Program-made: the position numbers and the translations under genes
Source: an uncultured candidate division Zixibacteria bacterium
GTDB lineage: Bacteria; Zixibacteria; MSB-5A5; GN15; FEB-12
Assembly: GCA_963806185.1 (NCBI GenBank)
Contig: CAWDXE010000001.1
Coordinates: 352,001-416,000, forward strand
Reading direction: 5' to 3'
DNA: 64,000 nt
The notes under the pieces: generated by a model
Told to the model about the DNA's origin: nothing
What the model saw: the letters and a program-made list of their open reading frames with translations, nothing else
The model's database searches: none
In this document: one piece after another, positions 60,325 through 64,000 of the stretch
Layout: each line of letters begins with the position of its first letter
Position numbering within the stretch: position 1 is the stretch's first letter

Positions 60325-63171
60325 ATGCAGAACGACCCGCCCGACAACGAATCAACTCGTGCTATCTCAATTCTGGGACCGGGAACTATGATTTCCCGGT
60401 ACAAAATCATCAGTCGCCTGGGCTCCGGCGGCATGGGTGAGGTTTTCGTCGCCGAAGACACCACCCTGCGCCGGCGGGTCGCTCTCAAGTTCCTCGCCCC
60501 CACCCTTTCATCCGACCCGATTCTGCGCCAGCGCTTCCTTCGCGAAGCACAATCGGCCGCCGCCCTCAATCATCCGAATATCATTACCATTTTCGAGGTA
60601 GCCGAACACGGCGAACGAGTCTTTATCGCCATGGAATATGTCGAGGGCCGGACCCTGCGTGAAATCATCGATCTCGGCCAGATTACACCGCAGGATGCCA
60701 TCGCGCTTGCCGTGCAGATCTGTGACGGCCTGCAGGCGGCCCACAAGGCCGGGTACGTCCATCGCGACATCAAACCGCTCAATATTATAGTCGACCCGTC
60801 CAACCGGGTGCGCATTCTTGACTTTGGTCTCGCCAAAGCGGTTGGCGATGTCCAGCTCACCCAGGCCGGCAGTGCCTTGGGGACGGTCCAGTACATGTCA
60901 CCGGAACAGGGACAGGGAGCGGAACTGGATCATCGAAGCGACATCTTTGCCGTTGGCATCGTGCTCTACGAAATGCTTTCGCGCAAGCTACCGTTCCAGA
61001 AGAACAATATGGCCGCGACCATTTATGCCATCATTACCGAGCCCCACCCCCCCTTGCCGCCGCACGTGATTGCCCGCTTTCCGAATATTCAGACGATTCT
61101 CGATCGTGCTCTCGCTAAGCCGGTCGACCAACGCTATCAGTCAATCTCCGACATGGGCGCCGAGCTGCGTCAATTACTGGGCGGCGAGCATACGCAAACG
61201 ACTATGGCCGGACTTGCCGTTCAGACCATGGTCCCTCCGACGCCGCCGAAGCCCAAATCACTCGCCGTGCTTCACCTGAGGAACATGGGCTCGCCTGATG
61301 ACGACTTCTTAAGTTACGGTATCACGGAAGATCTCATCGTCGATCTCACGCGCGTCGGCACCATTCGCGTTGCTCCTATGCGGTCGATCATGCGCTTCAA
61401 GGACAGCGACGCCGACGTGAATGAGATTGCGACCAAGCTCAATGTCGCCTACGTGCTCGACGGATCTATCCACAAGTCGGCCGGCGGCCTCCGCATATCG
61501 GCGGAACTGATCAATGTCGAGGACGGCGCCAACCTCTGGGCCGAACGATGGCAGGAGCCACTCGAGAACCTGCCCCGCATCAAACGCCTTCTCCTCTCCG
61601 CCGTCACCCAGGCGCTCGATATCGGACAGACTATTATCCGGGTCGCTGAAGTTGGAAAAGCCGTGGCGGAAGATGCGGGCGCATACGAACTCTATTTGCG
61701 CGGCAAGTATGCCTTCGACAAGAAGAAAGACAAAGCCGACGTCGAGTCGGCTCTTTCACTCTATCGAAAAGCTCTGGCTATGGAACCCTCCCTGCTGGCT
61801 GCACGGGTCGGGATCGCCGAAATCCTGCTTTACCAGGGACTTTTCGCAGATGCGCGCGTCGAAATTGATCTCGGATTGACGGAGGCCGAAGCAAAGAACC
61901 TGCATTCCGAACAGGCTCATCTGCTTCGTCTGATGGCTAAGTTTCATGTGCAGCATGCCCAGTGGGACGCGGCGCGCGCGTCAGCCGATCATGCTCTCAC
62001 ATTATCTCGGAAACTCGGCGACCTCTCCGGCGAGGCCGAGTCGCTGGGCATCCTGATTTCTATATTCCAGCAACAAGCCAGGTTCGACGACACTTTGCCG
62101 CTATTCGATCGCGTTCTCGAAATCAGCCGCAAGCTCGACGACCGCGACAAAGCGGCCGAGGCTCTGAAAAATATGGGTGTGGCATATTCGCGTAAAGGAG
62201 ACTACGGACGCGCGCTTGATTTGTACGAGGAAGCGCTGGAACTCGCTCGCCAGGTGGAAAATCTCTCGCTCCAGGCAGCCTGCTTGTCCAATATCGGAAA
62301 TGTCTCCTACTTCAAGGGTGACCTCGATAACGCTCTGCGCAACTACGGCGAAGCGCTCGCCATCAACAACCGCCTCGGCGATCAAGGCGGCACCGCCCGC
62401 CAAAGTCTCAACATGGGGCTGGTCCATCTCCAGCGCGGGCAGAATCGCGAAGGATTAGAGTTGCTGAATACCGCCGCAACTTTCTTCGAGGCCCTTGGCG
62501 ACAAAGTAAATTTCTCCATGACTCTCTCCAATATCAGCCATCTCAGTCTGACGCTTGGAGAAATCGACAAGTCACGCAACGCCGCCGACCGGGCATTGGC
62601 TATAGCCGAGGAGAACAACCATCCGCTGTCCCTATCGACGGCTCATCACCGACTCGGCGCCATCAGCCTTCACGTGATGGATTACGATAACGCCTCTCTG
62701 CACCTGCATCGAGCCATGGAGATTGCCGAAGGCGCGAAGATGAGCCGTAACGTCGCTACTCTTCAGGTCAACCTGGCCGAACTGCATTACCATCGCCGGC
62801 AATTCGACTTCTCCCGCAAACATGCCGAGCGGGCCCAGACGATTTCGCGCGAGATCGGCGACAAAGTGACGTTGATTCTGGCTGAAGCCTACCTCGCCAC
62901 GGCGGCGGCTGCGGAAGGACTCTTCCACGCCGGCACCAAACAGCTGCGACAGGTCTTGGGAAAGGCCAAGGAGATTGGCGACGCCAACGTCGCACGCCAA
63001 ATCGAAATTCTGCTTGGGGAAGTGCTCTACACGCGCGGTCGTGGAGCCGATCAGAACGAAGGGAAAGCAATCCTGCAGCACGCGCTGATTCAGGCGACAT
63101 CCGATGAGATATCGCCCGAAATCAGTCGCATCAGTCGTGTCCTGGACGCCCCCCCCGATCAACCGGCGTAG
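60325..63171 (+). CDS. Ser/Thr protein kinase with TolB-N/FlgO-like domain and TPR repeats
   Basis: G-GGMG-V, VALK, HRDIKP-N, DFGLAK, YMSPEQ; SLAVL..G--EDLI--L domain; multiple TPRs. Confidence 0.9.
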   Translation: MQNDPPDNESTRAISILGPGTMISRYKIISRLGSGGMGEVFVAEDTTLRRRVALKFLAPTLSSDPILRQRFLREAQSAAALNHPNIITIFEVAEHGERVFIAMEYVEGRTLREIIDLGQITPQDAIALAVQICDGLQAAHKAGYVHRDIKPLNIIVDPSNRVRILDFGLAKAVGDVQLTQAGSALGTVQYMSPEQGQGAELDHRSDIFAVGIVLYEMLSRKLPFQKNNMAATIYAIITEPHPPLPPHVIARFPNIQTILDRALAKPVDQRYQSISDMGAELRQLLGGEHTQTTMAGLAVQTMVPPTPPKPKSLAVLHLRNMGSPDDDFLSYGITEDLIVDLTRVGTIRVAPMRSIMRFKDSDADVNEIATKLNVAYVLDGSIHKSAGGLRISAELINVEDGANLWAERWQEPLENLPRIKRLLLSAVTQALDIGQTIIRVAEVGKAVAEDAGAYELYLRGKYAFDKKKDKADVESALSLYRKALAMEPSLLAARVGIAEILLYQGLFADARVEIDLGLTEAEAKNLHSEQAHLLRLMAKFHVQHAQWDAARASADHALTLSRKLGDLSGEAESLGILISIFQQQARFDDTLPLFDRVLEISRKLDDRDKAAEALKNMGVAYSRKGDYGRALDLYEEALELARQVENLSLQAACLSNIGNVSYFKGDLDNALRNYGEALAINNRLGDQGGTARQSLNMGLVHLQRGQNREGLELLNTAATFFEALGDKVNFSMTLSNISHLSLTLGEIDKSRNAADRALAIAEENNHPLSLSTAHHRLGAISLHVMDYDNASLHLHRAMEIAEGAKMSRNVATLQVNLAELHYHRRQFDFSRKHAERAQTISREIGDKVTLILAEAYLATAAAAEGLFHAGTKQLRQVLGKAKEIGDANVARQIEILLGEVLYTRGRGADQNEGKAILQHALIQATSDEISPEISRISRVLDAPPDQPA

Positions 63172-63195
63172 GGAATCATCACGACGTCGACAGCC

Positions 63196-63999
63196 TCACG
63201 GAATCAGTTTGACCGTGTCCGCCAATTCTACTTCGTAAAACTTGCCGGTTTTGGCCGCCGACAGGCTATCGCTCTGTAACGGCCAGTCGACTTGACGTGC
63301 CGCGCCGCCGAGCGGATCGCCGGAGAAACCGACAATCTGCCCATATGCTGTCGGAACAAAGAGCGCCGACATCTGGGGCCGCTGGATATACGTCACGGCC
63401 CCATTCCCATTTTGCGGGTGAGCCAGAGCTTCCAACACATAGGTGTGGGTACCCGGCGTTACGGTGAAAATCCGTTCCGATGACAAGTCAAAATAGTGCT
63501 GGCGACCGGGCGAGTCCATGTCGCCGGGACCGGATTGACGCGAGTACGGCCCGAGCACGCCGGCACTGGGCGATTCGGAAATCTGGATGTATGCCTGTGC
63601 CCGCTGACTCGTGCCATAGGCTTCAAGTGTCGCCAATCCTCGCACAATGACAAACCCCGCCGCCGGCACGGTAATAGTGACCGACGAGACCTGTTGCACC
63701 GTCGCCGTGTGCTGCGTCAGCAAAATCGCATCGGACGCCCATGTCGATGCCACCCCTGGTTCGTCGAGTATTTCCGGCGATCCGATCGCGTTCTCGGGCA
63801 GGTTTACCGACGAGTCGGCAGGCGCACCGGCGACCTCTAAACTTCCCTTCGGTTCGTTGGTGCCGATCCCCACTCCGCCCCGTGCTCGAATTATGAACTG
63901 GTCGTCACCCGTCGATGCAAAATCCTCGTCGAGCTGATCTGCCCAGACGAATGTTCCGTTGTGATTTGCCTTGGCGCGATGGCCGGCCGCATACGAGTG
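63196..63999 (-). CDS. C-terminal part of an adhesin/fibre-like protein (5' end outside the window)
   Basis: Frame open to the window edge: SYAAG-RAKA-H-G-FVWAD...QF-IRA-GGVGIGT--P---L-V-G, a fibre/YadA-like repeat pattern. Confidence 0.6.
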   Translation of the reverse strand, partial: HSYAAGHRAKANHNGTFVWADQLDEDFASTGDDQFIIRARGGVGIGTNEPKGSLEVAGAPADSSVNLPENAIGSPEILDEPGVASTWASDAILLTQHTATVQQVSSVTITVPAAGFVIVRGLATLEAYGTSQRAQAYIQISESPSAGVLGPYSRQSGPGDMDSPGRQHYFDLSSERIFTVTPGTHTYVLEALAHPQNGNGAVTYIQRPQMSALFVPTAYGQIVGFSGDPLGGAARQVDWPLQSDSLSAAKTGKFYEVELADTVKLIP

Positions 64000-64000
64000 T

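Noticed and set aside
1..64000. tRNA, rRNA, transposase, integrase, reverse transcriptase or prophage genes
   Set aside because: None recognised by eye; a covariance-model scan would be needed to exclude small ncRNAs

Overview
A 64-kb, GC-rich chromosomal window from a diderm bacterium. The dockerin-like C-terminus, cohesin-like protein, PEP-CTERM protein and kinase-TPR protein suggest candidate phylum Zixibacteria or a relative (inference). About 50 genes, mostly core or housekeeping: ABC transporters, corA, mutY-like, DUF1015-serA-serC, a Phe/Tyr catabolic cluster (hppD, hmgA, aminotransferase, FAH, phhA), many secreted peptidases (S9, S8, three M16), pgsA-pgpA-cinA-thpR, uvrD/pcrA, secD-secF, cydAB. 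I saw no rRNA, tRNA, CRISPR array or transposase. About a dozen single-base frameshifts look like long-read assembly errors. Best candidates for new biology: (1) a signal-anchored upstream ORF before secDF with the layout of a translation-arrest monitoring peptide but an unfamiliar C-terminus (FTLLGAKPSGTM) and alternative RNA pairings near the secD ribosome-binding site; (2) an AT-richer two-gene islet encoding a beta-CASP nuclease, bracketed by inverted REP-like palindromes; (3) a Rex/CRP-type operator on the DUF1015-serA-serC operon, which lacks serB; (4) tandem TonB-C gene units with duplicated leaderless promoters; (5) a possible non-cellulosomal cohesin-dockerin system.
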